Of a stretch of DNA of 51,251 nt, positions 40,087 through 48,289 are shown piece after piece (the stretch's first letter is position 1; each line of letters opens with the position of its first letter). The stretch is taken from NCBI GenBank assembly GCA_964546425.1, contig CAZJJW010000001.1, forward strand, positions 1-51,251, given 5' to 3'. The notes below the pieces were generated by a model, which was not told the DNA's origin, did no database searches, and was given only the letters and a program-made list of their open reading frames with translations. A program made the position numbers and the translations under genes. This stretch comes from an uncultured Candidatus Saccharibacteria bacterium. Lineage in GTDB: Bacteria > Patescibacteriota > Minisyncoccia > Phycocordibacterales > JACOZG01.

Positions 40087-41237
40087 ATGACGAACTTTTA
40101 ACCCGCGGGATTGAGCGGATTTATCCGTCAAAAGAGGCGCTGGAGAAAGTGCTAGCGACCGGGAAGAAATTAAAAATTTACTTCGGGATTGATCCGACCG
40201 GGCCGCTTCACATTGGCCATGGCGCAAACTTGCTTAAATTGCGGGAGTTTCAAGACGTCGGTCACGAAATAATTATTTTGATCGGTGACTTTACCGCAAT
40301 GATCGGGGACCCGACGGACAAAATGGCGGCGCGGGTGAAGTTGAGTCAGGAGCAGGTGAAGGAAAATTTTAAAAATTACCAAGACCAGATTAGCAAAATT
40401 CTTGACCCAGAGAAGACTAAATTCAAGTTTAACAGTGAGTGGTTAAATAAACTTAGCCTTGACCGGATACTTGAACTTTCTTCTGAATTTACGGCTGGTC
40501 AGATGTTTGAACGGGACATGTTTCAAGAAAGGGTTAAACATGAAAAGCCCATTTATCTCCACGAGTTTCTCTACCCCTTGATGCAAGCGTATGACGCGGT
40601 AATGTTGGATGTGGATGTCCAAATTGGCGGCAACGATCAGACGTTTAATATGTTGGCTGGCCGGACCTTGATGCGCAAATTGAAAAATAAAGAAAAGTTT
40701 GTCATCGCCACCAAGCTTTTGGTTGATCCGACGGGCAAGAAAATGGGCAAGACCGAAGGCAATATGGTAACGCTTGATGAGACGCCGGCCGAGATGTATG
40801 GCCAGGTAATGAGTTGGCCGGATTCTTTATTGTCACTCGCCTTTGAAATTTGTACCCGTTTGTCCCTCGACAAGCTCGGGGCCTCGGCCGCTAGCGATCC
40901 CAAAGCCGCCAAGATGAAACTCGCCCGCGAGATTGTGCGCCTCTATCATGATGAAAAAAAATCAGTGGAAGCCGAAACCGATTTCATTGCTAAGTTTCAA
41001 AAGAAAGAAGCGCCGGAAGCGCCGGAAGAAATTGCCGCCCAAGCGGGGGAGAAGTTGGCTGACGTCTTGCTCCACGCCGGCGCCGTTAAGTCCAAGAGCG
41101 ACTTCCGGCGCTTAATCAAGGACGGCGCCGTCCACAATTTGGACGGCGCCGTGATCACCGATCCCGATTTTGTGGTTACCAAGGATTTACGTTTAAAGCT
41201 TGGCAAACACCGGTTTTTCTTACTCGTCCTCTTCTGA
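40083..41237 (+). CDS. tyrS: Tyrosyl-tRNA synthetase
   Basis: HIGH motif PLHIGHG, KMSKS motif KMGKT, GGNDQ, C-terminal S4-like domain. Confidence 0.9.
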   Translation: MNDELLTRGIERIYPSKEALEKVLATGKKLKIYFGIDPTGPLHIGHGANLLKLREFQDVGHEIIILIGDFTAMIGDPTDKMAARVKLSQEQVKENFKNYQDQISKILDPEKTKFKFNSEWLNKLSLDRILELSSEFTAGQMFERDMFQERVKHEKPIYLHEFLYPLMQAYDAVMLDVDVQIGGNDQTFNMLAGRTLMRKLKNKEKFVIATKLLVDPTGKKMGKTEGNMVTLDETPAEMYGQVMSWPDSLLSLAFEICTRLSLDKLGASAASDPKAAKMKLAREIVRLYHDEKKSVEAETDFIAKFQKKEAPEAPEEIAAQAGEKLADVLLHAGAVKSKSDFRRLIKDGAVHNLDGAVITDPDFVVTKDLRLKLGKHRFFLLVLF

Positions 41238-41436
41238 TTCTAAACCGAGACCTTCTTCCTCGCTGTCCTCGCTCAAAATACCGGGCTCCTCTTCATCCAA
41301 ACCCTCCTCCAATTCGTCTTCGTTTAAGACGTCATCCATATTTATAGCTTAAGGTGGTTACGACCTTTTAATTGATAAATTTTGGGACGCTACAGTTTTA
41401 TCACACTGATATTATTTTGCAATCTTTTAACGAGCG

Positions 41437-41465
41437 AACTGTGGATAACATTTTTGTGGTACAAT
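41437..41465 (+). promoter_or_regulatory. AACTGTGGATA motif plus extended -10 (TGGTACAAT)
   Basis: Motif at 41437-41447. TGG at 41457-41459, TACAAT at 41460-41465. Followed by the hairpin TGCGCG-GCGGT-CGCGCA and a T-rich stretch (41478-41500). Confidence 0.45.
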
Positions 41466-41528
41466 AATTGAAGTAAGTGCGCGGCGGTCGCGCATTTCTT
41501 GTTCTTTCCAGAAAGGGACGGTGCAACG

Positions 41529-42131
41529 ATGTGGTGGCTTATGGTTTTAACGACCCTGGCGCCTCAATTCTTGTTGAGTCCTTGTGATTTTGGTGAGAGG
41601 GTGGAGATTGGGCGTCAGATTTCGGTTCCGGGATTTGAGTTGAATTATGGTGCTGGCTCGGATGGTTGCGGCGAATCTTACGGTACTTTGCGTCTTATTA
41701 TGTCGGAACGTTTTGATCGACAGACTCAATTTTTCACCGTCGATCCAGCTAATACCAGTGAATGGACTTGGCACATCATGGTTTGGGGAACCTTAGGCGC
41801 CCCAGGCCGGCCGCTGGAATTCAGGGACAGTCTCCGTTTATTCCGCCGCGAGGTGGAGTTGGCCCAATCTTTCAGGGTGGTCTCCGACCCTTCTGGGTTC
41901 AGTTACCTAGCGGGCCTTTGGGCGATGCCAGCCATGGTCGAAGGGGTTGAAATGTCTTACCGAGAATTTGCCGACTTCGCCCTGCCGCCCGCTCGCTGGT
42001 TCACTTTAGACCTCACTCTGTCCGGCTCGTTTGGCTCGGACGCTCTGGCCGATTGGCGCGGCGCGGCGTTTGTGCCCGAACCATCGTCTCTCTGGCTCGT
42101 TTTAGTGTTGGTCTGTCTCTGGCGGCGCTAG
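41529..42131 (+). CDS. Secreted hypothetical protein with PEP-CTERM-like sorting tail
   Basis: ORF 41499..42131 trimmed to ATG 41529 (MWWLMVLTTLAPQFLL signal). The C-terminus VPEPSSLWLVLVLVCLWRR is PEP, then a TM helix, then a basic tail. Confidence 0.55.
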   Translation: MWWLMVLTTLAPQFLLSPCDFGERVEIGRQISVPGFELNYGAGSDGCGESYGTLRLIMSERFDRQTQFFTVDPANTSEWTWHIMVWGTLGAPGRPLEFRDSLRLFRREVELAQSFRVVSDPSGFSYLAGLWAMPAMVEGVEMSYREFADFALPPARWFTLDLTLSGSFGSDALADWRGAAFVPEPSSLWLVLVLVCLWRR

Positions 42132-42655
42132 AGCCCCGACCCTTGCTGGTGCCCATCGGGGGCGCCAGCTTTTTGTTTCAAAGAAAATTTAGTTTGAGCG
42201 AGGGCGGTGAGGCCAATCGCAATGGCGTCAAACTCATCATCGTGTTTTGGTCTTTTTTCTAATTTAATTAATTTTGGCACCATGGTCATAACTTGATTCT
42301 TGGTGGCCTTGCCGTACCCGCAGATGGCACTCTTCACTTGCAGGGGGGTGAACTCGGTGATCGATACTCGTCGCGCGGCCGCGACATAGATCAGCATCCC
42401 GCGCACCTCGCTCACCTTACTTGCTGTTTTTTGGTTGGTGGTAAAAAATAGTTTCTCCAGGGCGAAGATGTCCGGTTGATGTTTCTTGAGACTTTGATCT
42501 AGTTTCTCGCCTAATTGCCGGAGACGTTCTTCGAACGGCAATTTGGCCGAAGTCTGCCAACAATCGGAGAAAACCAATTTCTCTTTGCCGTTTTCTTGGT
42601 CAATCAGAGCAATGCCCAATCGTTCAAACCCCGGATCAATCGCGAGCACCCTCAT
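42128..42655 (-). CDS. ruvC: Holliday junction resolvase RuvC
   Basis: MRVLAIDPG...GIALI, EKLFF, HDDEFDAIAIGL (catalytic acidic residues). Confidence 0.85.
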   Translation of the reverse strand: MRVLAIDPGFERLGIALIDQENGKEKLVFSDCWQTSAKLPFEERLRQLGEKLDQSLKKHQPDIFALEKLFFTTNQKTASKVSEVRGMLIYVAAARRVSITEFTPLQVKSAICGYGKATKNQVMTMVPKLIKLEKRPKHDDEFDAIAIGLTALAQTKFSLKQKAGAPDGHQQGSGL

Positions 42656-43179
42656 GCGGCGTTGGTAAAAATATTTTTAACATCGTCGTGTTCCTCAAGT
42701 TCGACGAGCAGATTATCCAGCTGGGTTTTTTCGGTCGCGGCGATCGCGGTGGGGGCTTTGGCTTGCCAACCCGCCTCGGTTTTTTGGAAGGCCCAAAGCG
42801 CCGCGCCGGGTGCGGCGAGATTGGCACCATTCTTGTCCAGCAAATGTTTAATTTCTTGCGCCGTGCGATTTTTGTTGTCAGTCAGAGCTTCAATCACCAA
42901 GGCCGAACCGCCGGGGCCATAGGCCTCATAGATAATTTCTTCTAGATTACCACCGGCGCCGGCGGCATTTTTGATTGCCCGTTCAACATTGTCATTTGGC
43001 ATATTGGCGACGCGCGCTTTCTCAATCGCCCGGCGCAAGCCAGGCGCGTTTTTATCCCCGCCTGATTTTTCGGCCTCAATCGTGATACTTTTAGCCAGCA
43101 GGCCGAAAAGTTTGCTTTTTTTGGCGTCCGCCGCGCCTTTTTTGTGTTTAATTTGCGACCACTTGTTGTGTCCGGACAT
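42652..43179 (-). CDS. yebC: YebC/PmpR-family protein (short, 175 aa)
   Basis: MSGHNKWSQIKHKKGAADAKKSKLF..., YEAYGPGGSALVIEALTDNKNRT. Shorter than the classical roughly 240-aa form. Confidence 0.8.
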   Translation of the reverse strand: MSGHNKWSQIKHKKGAADAKKSKLFGLLAKSITIEAEKSGGDKNAPGLRRAIEKARVANMPNDNVERAIKNAAGAGGNLEEIIYEAYGPGGSALVIEALTDNKNRTAQEIKHLLDKNGANLAAPGAALWAFQKTEAGWQAKAPTAIAATEKTQLDNLLVELEEHDDVKNIFTNAA

Positions 43180-43182
43180 GAT

Positions 43183-44190
43183 TTAAATTAATTTTTTCTG
43201 CTTATTTTTTGGGTAATCAAACCCCAGATGATCGTAAGCTTTCCCGGTCGCTACCCGCCCGCGCGGCGTCCGTTCCAAGAAACCAAGTTGAATCAGAAAT
43301 GGTTCATGCACTTCTTCAATGGTCGCTTCTTCTTCGGCGGTGGCGGCGGCCAACGTGCCGATGCCCACCGGGCCGCCGCCGAACTTCTCGATCAAGGTCG
43401 TTAAGACGCGGCGGTCGGCGGCGGTCAGGCCCAATTCGTCAACTCCTAACAAATCGAGCGTCTTTTTCACCGCTTGGCGATCCAGAACGGTTTTGTGGAC
43501 CTGAACGAAGTCGCGGCAACGTTTCAGGAAGTGGTTGGCGATCCGCGGCGTGAATCGGCTCCGAGCGGCGATCTCTCGGGCCGCCGGCGCGTCGGCTTTA
43601 ATCTTCATAATTTTGGCTGACCGTTCCACAATGGTCCGGATCTCGTCCTCGGTGTAAAAGTCAAGCCGAAAGGTGCCGCCCGAAAAGCGCGAGCGGAGCG
43701 GCGCCGAGAGCAGGGCGATCCGGGTAGTGGCCGCCACCAAGGTAAACGGCGGCAAATCAAGCTGGATGACGCGCGCGCCGGGGCCTTTGCCAATGATGAT
43801 ATTTAATGTGCCCGATTCCATCGCTGGGTACAAAACTTCTTCAATCAACTTGTTTAACCGGTGCACTTCATCAATAAACAAAATGTCGCCCGCCGTCAGA
43901 TTGGTGAGAATCGAAGCCAGGTCGCCCACCTTCTCAATCGCCGGGCCGGAAGTCACTTTAATCGGCGCTCCCATTTCTTTGGCCACCAAATAGGCGAGCG
44001 TGGTCTTGCCAAGCCCGGGCGGGCCGTAGAAGAGCAAATGTTCGGCCGGATGGGAGCGCTCCTTGGCGGCCTGAAGCAAAATCCGCAAATTATCTTTAAT
44101 ATTTTGCTGGCCGATATACTCGTCCCACAAAGTCGGCCGCAAGGCGCTGTCTAGATACCAATCGTTTTCTTTTGTTAATTCGCTTGACAT
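43183..44190 (-). CDS. ruvB: Holliday junction branch-migration helicase RuvB
   Basis: LRPTLWDEYIGQ, Walker A GPPGLGKTTLA, Walker B ILFIDEVHRL, sensor ATTR. Confidence 0.92.
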   Translation of the reverse strand: MSSELTKENDWYLDSALRPTLWDEYIGQQNIKDNLRILLQAAKERSHPAEHLLFYGPPGLGKTTLAYLVAKEMGAPIKVTSGPAIEKVGDLASILTNLTAGDILFIDEVHRLNKLIEEVLYPAMESGTLNIIIGKGPGARVIQLDLPPFTLVAATTRIALLSAPLRSRFSGGTFRLDFYTEDEIRTIVERSAKIMKIKADAPAAREIAARSRFTPRIANHFLKRCRDFVQVHKTVLDRQAVKKTLDLLGVDELGLTAADRRVLTTLIEKFGGGPVGIGTLAAATAEEEATIEEVHEPFLIQLGFLERTPRGRVATGKAYDHLGFDYPKNKQKKLI

Positions 44191-44226
44191 AAAATTGTTT
44201 CTATGCTAGGCTTCTCTGGTCAAGGA

Positions 44227-44378
44227 CATGAATCTCTAAGCAACTAAGCTTCCGGGCTTAATCGGGTTTAACCAAAAGGGTGAGTTGGTCTTCGGCCTTA
44301 CGGCGGATTGCTCGCTCATACCTTGCGGTTTCGCCTAACTTTTAATGTAATATTAGAAGGTTTGCTTAGAGGTTCATG
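44227..44378. ncRNA. Candidate structured RNA closed by a 17-bp long-range helix (strand and class unresolved)
   Basis: CATGAATCTCTAAGCAA at 44227-44243 pairs with TTGCTTAGAGGTTCATG at 44362-44378, enclosing 118 nt with several short hairpins. Lies in the 211-nt pilB-ruvB spacer. Confidence 0.3.
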
Positions 44379-44401
44379 CTCTGGACCTCGCTTGAAAAGG
44401 C

Positions 44402-46090
44402 CTAAATTACTTCCTCATTGATATCAACCACCCGCCCGAGTTCTTCGAGCGAGGTGACGCCGGCCAAAACTTTGAGGATGCCATCTTGGCGCATGTCGAG
44501 AATGCCTTGCGGAATGGCGGCGCGGCGGATCTCACGTTCGTTGGGGTTGGTGGCCATGAGCGCCGCCACGGCGTCATCAATCAGAACGGCTTCGAAGATA
44601 CCAAGTCGGCCGCGATAACCGGTGTGATAACATTTATCACAGCCGGCCGCGCGCCAGATTTGCCCGCCGGCGGCGAGGACCAAGTCGGGACGTTTCTTTT
44701 TTATGCTTTCTACCACTTCAGCCAATAATTTCTTCTCTTCGGTTGACGGCGCGTCCGCTTTTTTGCAATCCGGACACAAGACGCGGACCAAGCGCTGGGC
44801 CATGGCGATATTCAAGGCCGACTCGATGATTTTGGGATTAATCTCAAGATCAATCAAGCGCGGAATAGTGCCGGCGGCGTTATTGGTGTGGAGAGTGGAG
44901 AAGACGAGGTGGCCGGTGAGCGAGGAATTGATGGCAATTTTGGCCGTTTCTTTGTCGCGGATTTCGCCGACCATGATGATGTCCGGATCTTGACGCAAGG
45001 CGCTGCGCAGGCCGGTCAAGAAGGTGTAATTTTTCTCCGGATTGACTTGCGTTTGGTTGACGCCTTTTAGATGATACTCGATCGGATCTTCAATCGTGAT
45101 AATTTTGTTTTCGTTGTTGCTGACCCGGCGCAAGAAGGCGTAGAGCGTCGTCGTTTTGCCCGAGCCGGTCGGGCCGGTCAGGAGGACCATGCCGTTCGGC
45201 TTATTAATCTCGCGCTCGACGATTTTGAAAAGTTGCGGCTCGATCCCCAAAGTGGCAAACGAGACTTCAATCGCTTTCGGATTAAGCAAACGCAAAACAA
45301 TCGATTCGCCGTAGGCGCCCGGCAAGATCGAAGTCCGGATTTCGATGTCGTTACCACTCAAATGAATACTGAAACGTCCGTCTTGGGCGGTACTTTGAAT
45401 GTTCAATTTCAAACCGGAGACCAACTTAATCCGCGAGAGCAGGTGGCGATACAATTTATTGTCCAGAAAAGTAATATCGTGGAGCACGCCATCCAATCGG
45501 TAACGTAGACGCACTTCTTCTACTTGCGGCTCGATGTGGATATCAGAGGCAAACGTGATAATGCCGCCGGCCAAAATAATTTCGAGCAAACTCGAGATGC
45601 CACCCTCTTTCAAAGCCACGGCGCTCTCACGTTCAAGTAGAGCTTTGAGACTCTGGGCGTCTTTCATCTGGCCGACAAAACGACTGATGTCCTCGTCGGA
45701 GATATCAATCGCGCCGACCTCCGTTTTGGTGGACTTAGAAATTTCCGGATAACGTTCCCAGGCCCGGGCCAGGCTGGCTTCCGAGCCGAGATAGGCATTA
45801 ACGGTAAAGTTTTTTTCTCCAAGCGCTTTCAAAACCGCTTGGGTTTTCGGATTAGCCGGCGCCAAGACGACGACGAACAAATTTTTGCCCGTAATTTTGA
45901 AGGCGGCGACTTTGGCCTCGCGCGCCTCGGCCTCGGGGATCAAGCGGAGCGCGTCGGTGTTGATGGCAAACTTCGAGAGGTCAATGTAGGGGAGCGAATA
46001 CTTGGTGGCGAGCACCGAAGCCAACCCTTCGGCCTCGTGGCTGTAGAGCTCATCCACCTTCTTCAACTCCGTTTCATTGAACTCGAGCAT
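44402..46090 (-). CDS. pilB: Type IV pilus / type II secretion assembly ATPase (PilB/GspE family)
   Basis: Walker A LLTGPTGSGKTTT, Asp box, Walker B IIMVGEIRD, His box LVFSTLHTN, tetracysteine CPDC...C.KC. Confidence 0.9.
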   Translation of the reverse strand: MLEFNETELKKVDELYSHEAEGLASVLATKYSLPYIDLSKFAINTDALRLIPEAEAREAKVAAFKITGKNLFVVVLAPANPKTQAVLKALGEKNFTVNAYLGSEASLARAWERYPEISKSTKTEVGAIDISDEDISRFVGQMKDAQSLKALLERESAVALKEGGISSLLEIILAGGIITFASDIHIEPQVEEVRLRYRLDGVLHDITFLDNKLYRHLLSRIKLVSGLKLNIQSTAQDGRFSIHLSGNDIEIRTSILPGAYGESIVLRLLNPKAIEVSFATLGIEPQLFKIVEREINKPNGMVLLTGPTGSGKTTTLYAFLRRVSNNENKIITIEDPIEYHLKGVNQTQVNPEKNYTFLTGLRSALRQDPDIIMVGEIRDKETAKIAINSSLTGHLVFSTLHTNNAAGTIPRLIDLEINPKIIESALNIAMAQRLVRVLCPDCKKADAPSTEEKKLLAEVVESIKKKRPDLVLAAGGQIWRAAGCDKCYHTGYRGRLGIFEAVLIDDAVAALMATNPNEREIRRAAIPQGILDMRQDGILKVLAGVTSLEELGRVVDINEEVI

Positions 46091-46133
46091 TGATAGTCAA
46101 AGTCTAGCGCCGAATCGCTATCCACACTAGGGG

Positions 46134-46161
46134 TTGACAAAAAAGGTGTATATGATATAAT
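46134..46161 (+). promoter_or_regulatory. Near-consensus sigma70-type promoter
   Basis: TTGACA at 46134-46139, 16-nt spacer, TGA-TATAAT with the hexamer at 46156-46161. Confidence 0.6.
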
Positions 46162-46183
46162 GGGTAAAGAAGGAGGTGCTAAT

Positions 46184-46375
46184 ATGGGCACTTTGAAAAT
46201 AGCGGTTTTGACGGCCAGTTTGCTGGCGTTCCTGGGTTTATTGGGGGGCGGGGATTGCGAGATCAACATCGATCGCGGCGGCTACGGGTATGTGCCCGTG
46301 GTCTATGAGTATGTCGATTACGGGTATGGCTACTACGATCCGTACGGATACGACTGTTGGGATTACTGTTACTGA
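46184..46375 (+). CDS. Small secreted Tyr/Gly-rich peptide (63 aa)
   Basis: AGGAGG at 46171-46176, 7 nt before ATG 46184. Signal-like MGTLKIAVLTASLLAFLGLLGG. Mature part GYGYVPVVYEYVDYGYGYYDPYGYDCWDYCY. Confidence 0.5.
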   Translation: MGTLKIAVLTASLLAFLGLLGGGDCEINIDRGGYGYVPVVYEYVDYGYGYYDPYGYDCWDYCY

Positions 46376-46389
46376 AAGGAGACAGAGCC

Positions 46390-46818
46390 ATGAAAAAGTT
46401 CTTGTGCATCTTGGCCGTATTGATGTGTGCGGCACCAACGTTCGCGCGTGGACGGTGCGGTGGGTATTACTCACCCCGACCGGTACGGGTCTATCGTTCC
46501 TACTATCATCGGTATCGGCCAGTGCCGGTCTACCGGACGTACTATCCGCCGCGGTATTACGCGCCGCCCATGTACTATTCGGCGCCCACGTACTACGTCC
46601 CGCCGCCGATTTACGATCGGCCAGCGCCAACTACCACCAGACCGGCACCAGTCGTTAACTTGCAATTCCCGCCGGGCTTTGTGGAAACTGGTCGCCGCTA
46701 TCACAAGCACGGTGGCGACGTCGGTCAGATTGACTGGGTCAAAGGCCGAATCGGCGACCACAAGGTCAAGCTCGAATTCAACTCCGATGGCACGATCCAG
46801 GATCGAGAAGACGACTGA
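46390..46818 (+). CDS. Secreted Tyr/Pro/Arg-rich protein with small C-terminal globular domain
   Basis: AAGGAG at 46376-46381 before ATG 46390. Signal MKKFLCILAVLMCAAPTFA. Repeated YY-P/R units. Followed by an intrinsic terminator. Confidence 0.55.
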   Translation: MKKFLCILAVLMCAAPTFARGRCGGYYSPRPVRVYRSYYHRYRPVPVYRTYYPPRYYAPPMYYSAPTYYVPPPIYDRPAPTTTRPAPVVNLQFPPGFVETGRRYHKHGGDVGQIDWVKGRIGDHKVKLEFNSDGTIQDREDD

Positions 46819-46846
46819 AGCCCGGAGAAGACGCCGGCATTTGTGA

Positions 46847-46883
46847 AGCGCGGACTACCACGACGGTAGAACGCGCTTTTTTT
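46847..46883 (+). terminator. Rho-independent terminator
   Basis: AGCGCGGACTACC-ACGAC-GGTAGAACGCGCT hairpin followed by a T run. Confidence 0.7.
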
Positions 46884-46899
46884 ATGCTAAAATCTCACT

Positions 46900-47337
46900 A
46901 TGCCTCTGGCGAAAAGTTTAGCAGAAACCGCTAAGTTGGCGGCGGAGTTCACCGCCGCGCTCCGACCGAGCGAGGTGGGCGCCACCATCGTCGGCCTCTA
47001 CGGCGATCTCGGTTCGGGCAAAACCGTTTTTGCCCAAGCGGTGGCTAAGCAACTCGGAGTCAACGAAGTGGTAACGAGCCCAACCTTCGTCATCGAGAAG
47101 GTCTATCGTTTGCCCGGCGAGGCCAAATGGTGGCGACACCTGATCCACATTGACGCTTATCGGTTGAAGAACGTCAGCGAGATGCTCGACCTCGGTTGGA
47201 CGGAGATTGCGGGCGATGTTTCCAACTTGATTCTGATCGAATGGGCCGATCGAATTGAAAAAATTCTCCCGCCCCAGACCCGAAAAATCTTTTTCAAATT
47301 TATTGATGAAACCACCAGAGAAATTAGGGTTGCCTAA
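46900..47337 (+). CDS. tsaE: tRNA t6A biosynthesis ATPase TsaE
   Basis: GLYGDLGSGKTVFAQ, TSPTFVI, HIDAYRL. Confidence 0.85.
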   Translation: MPLAKSLAETAKLAAEFTAALRPSEVGATIVGLYGDLGSGKTVFAQAVAKQLGVNEVVTSPTFVIEKVYRLPGEAKWWRHLIHIDAYRLKNVSEMLDLGWTEIAGDVSNLILIEWADRIEKILPPQTRKIFFKFIDETTREIRVA

Positions 47338-47377
47338 TTTGCCAATGCCGTGCTATACTCCGAGTGTGAATAAAGTA

Positions 47378-47539
47378 ATGATCCAAAACAAAATTACCTC
47401 GCTGGAAGCCGAGTTCGCCCTGCTAAAGAAAGCGGTTACACCCCAGCCGGATTTTAATGTTGATGAATCAAACTGGAAAAAGCTGAAGCCGTCACTCAAA
47501 CGCGCCCGAGCCAAAACCTACCGGAGAGTATATGGATAG
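47378..47539 (+). CDS. Putative antitoxin of the PIN module (small, basic C-terminus)
   Basis: ORF 47255..47539 trimmed past the tsaE stop (ATG 47378, alternatively 47345). Overlaps the PIN gene start by 8 nt. Confidence 0.4.
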   Translation: MIQNKITSLEAEFALLKKAVTPQPDFNVDESNWKKLKPSLKRARAKTYRRVYG

Positions 47540-47954
47540 GTCGTCGGTATTTCTAGACACCAGCGTCCTCGTCGCGGCACTGTTGTCGGATACCGGCGGC
47601 TCATCTTATCTCCTGACCGTTCTCAAAGATAAATTTACTTTTCACACAAACGGATATGTTCTCGCTGAACTTGAGCATGTCCTCGACTCCAAATTTGCTC
47701 GACAGGCTGTTCTGTACACCAAACTCTTTTTGATTTTGGGAGTAGCTAAAGTGGTGGTGTGGCCTTACCCGCCCAAGCCTAGTCTCATACCCCTAAAGAA
47801 GATTATCTCCGAGAAAGATGCGCCTATTTTGGCCGGGGCTTTAGCGGGGAGCGATTATTTGCTGACGCTGGATAATGAATTCTTTAATGATCGAGTGGTG
47901 ACTTATGCTCGGCAAAGAAAACTTGAGATTGTTAAACCAAAAGATTTAATTTGA
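47532..47954 (+). CDS. PIN-domain putative toxin (VapC-like)
   Basis: VFLDTSVLVAALLS (first acidic residue), ...LAELEHVL..., ISEKDAPILAGAL, LLTLDNEF. Confidence 0.65.
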   Translation: MDRSSVFLDTSVLVAALLSDTGGSSYLLTVLKDKFTFHTNGYVLAELEHVLDSKFARQAVLYTKLFLILGVAKVVVWPYPPKPSLIPLKKIISEKDAPILAGALAGSDYLLTLDNEFFNDRVVTYARQRKLEIVKPKDLI

Positions 47955-47971
47955 GAACGACAAGGTTACCC

Positions 47972-48283
47972 ATGAAGCAAGCAAACTTAATCTGGAGAAT
48001 GGTCCTCGTGGTTTTAGTAGGGCTGGCAGTGTTTGGTTTAAGTTTTTTGGATAGCTCCACGATGATTTTTGTGGTTGGACCAATGGCGGCGATCGTGATG
48101 GGAATATTTCTTCTTTTGAATTATCTAAGGGGAGTTAAAACCGGAAGAATTATGGATACTAGTTTTTATGGCGTAATTATCAGAAAGAAAACTGAGCGAA
48201 CCCATTTCTTTATTGAATTGATCCTTTGTTTGATCTTTGGGGCGGTGTTTATACTCGTTGGTTTTTTCGCTTTGTTAAAATGA
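47972..48283 (+). CDS. Hypothetical small membrane protein (3 TM)
   Basis: ORF 47951..48283 trimmed to ATG 47972. Hydrophobic helices only. Confidence 0.4.
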   Translation: MKQANLIWRMVLVVLVGLAVFGLSFLDSSTMIFVVGPMAAIVMGIFLLLNYLRGVKTGRIMDTSFYGVIIRKKTERTHFFIELILCLIFGAVFILVGFFALLK

Positions 48284-48289
48284 CTTGTT

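Noticed and set aside
41220-41339. Minus-strand 39-codon ORF encoding a very acidic peptide (MDDVLNEDELEEGLDEEEPGILSEDSEEEGLGLESEEDE) overlapping the tyrS 3' end.
   Set aside because: It has no Shine-Dalgarno sequence or promoter that I can see and no recognisable family. It overlaps the tyrS stop region antisense. It is too short and compositionally biased to support as a gene.
44208-44402. SRP RNA, 6S RNA or RNase P fragment in the pilB-ruvB spacer.
   Set aside because: There is no GGAA...AGCA SRP helix-8 signature. It is not a single long interrupted hairpin as in 6S RNA, and it is far too short for RNase P RNA. I kept it only as an unclassified structured element.
46238-46846. Alternative ORFs in the Tyr/Pro-rich region (46238..46630 minus, 46290..46658, 46427..46846, 46471..46761 minus).
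   Set aside because: The region is compositionally biased and open in many frames. Only 46390..46818 has a Shine-Dalgarno sequence, a signal peptide and a downstream terminator.
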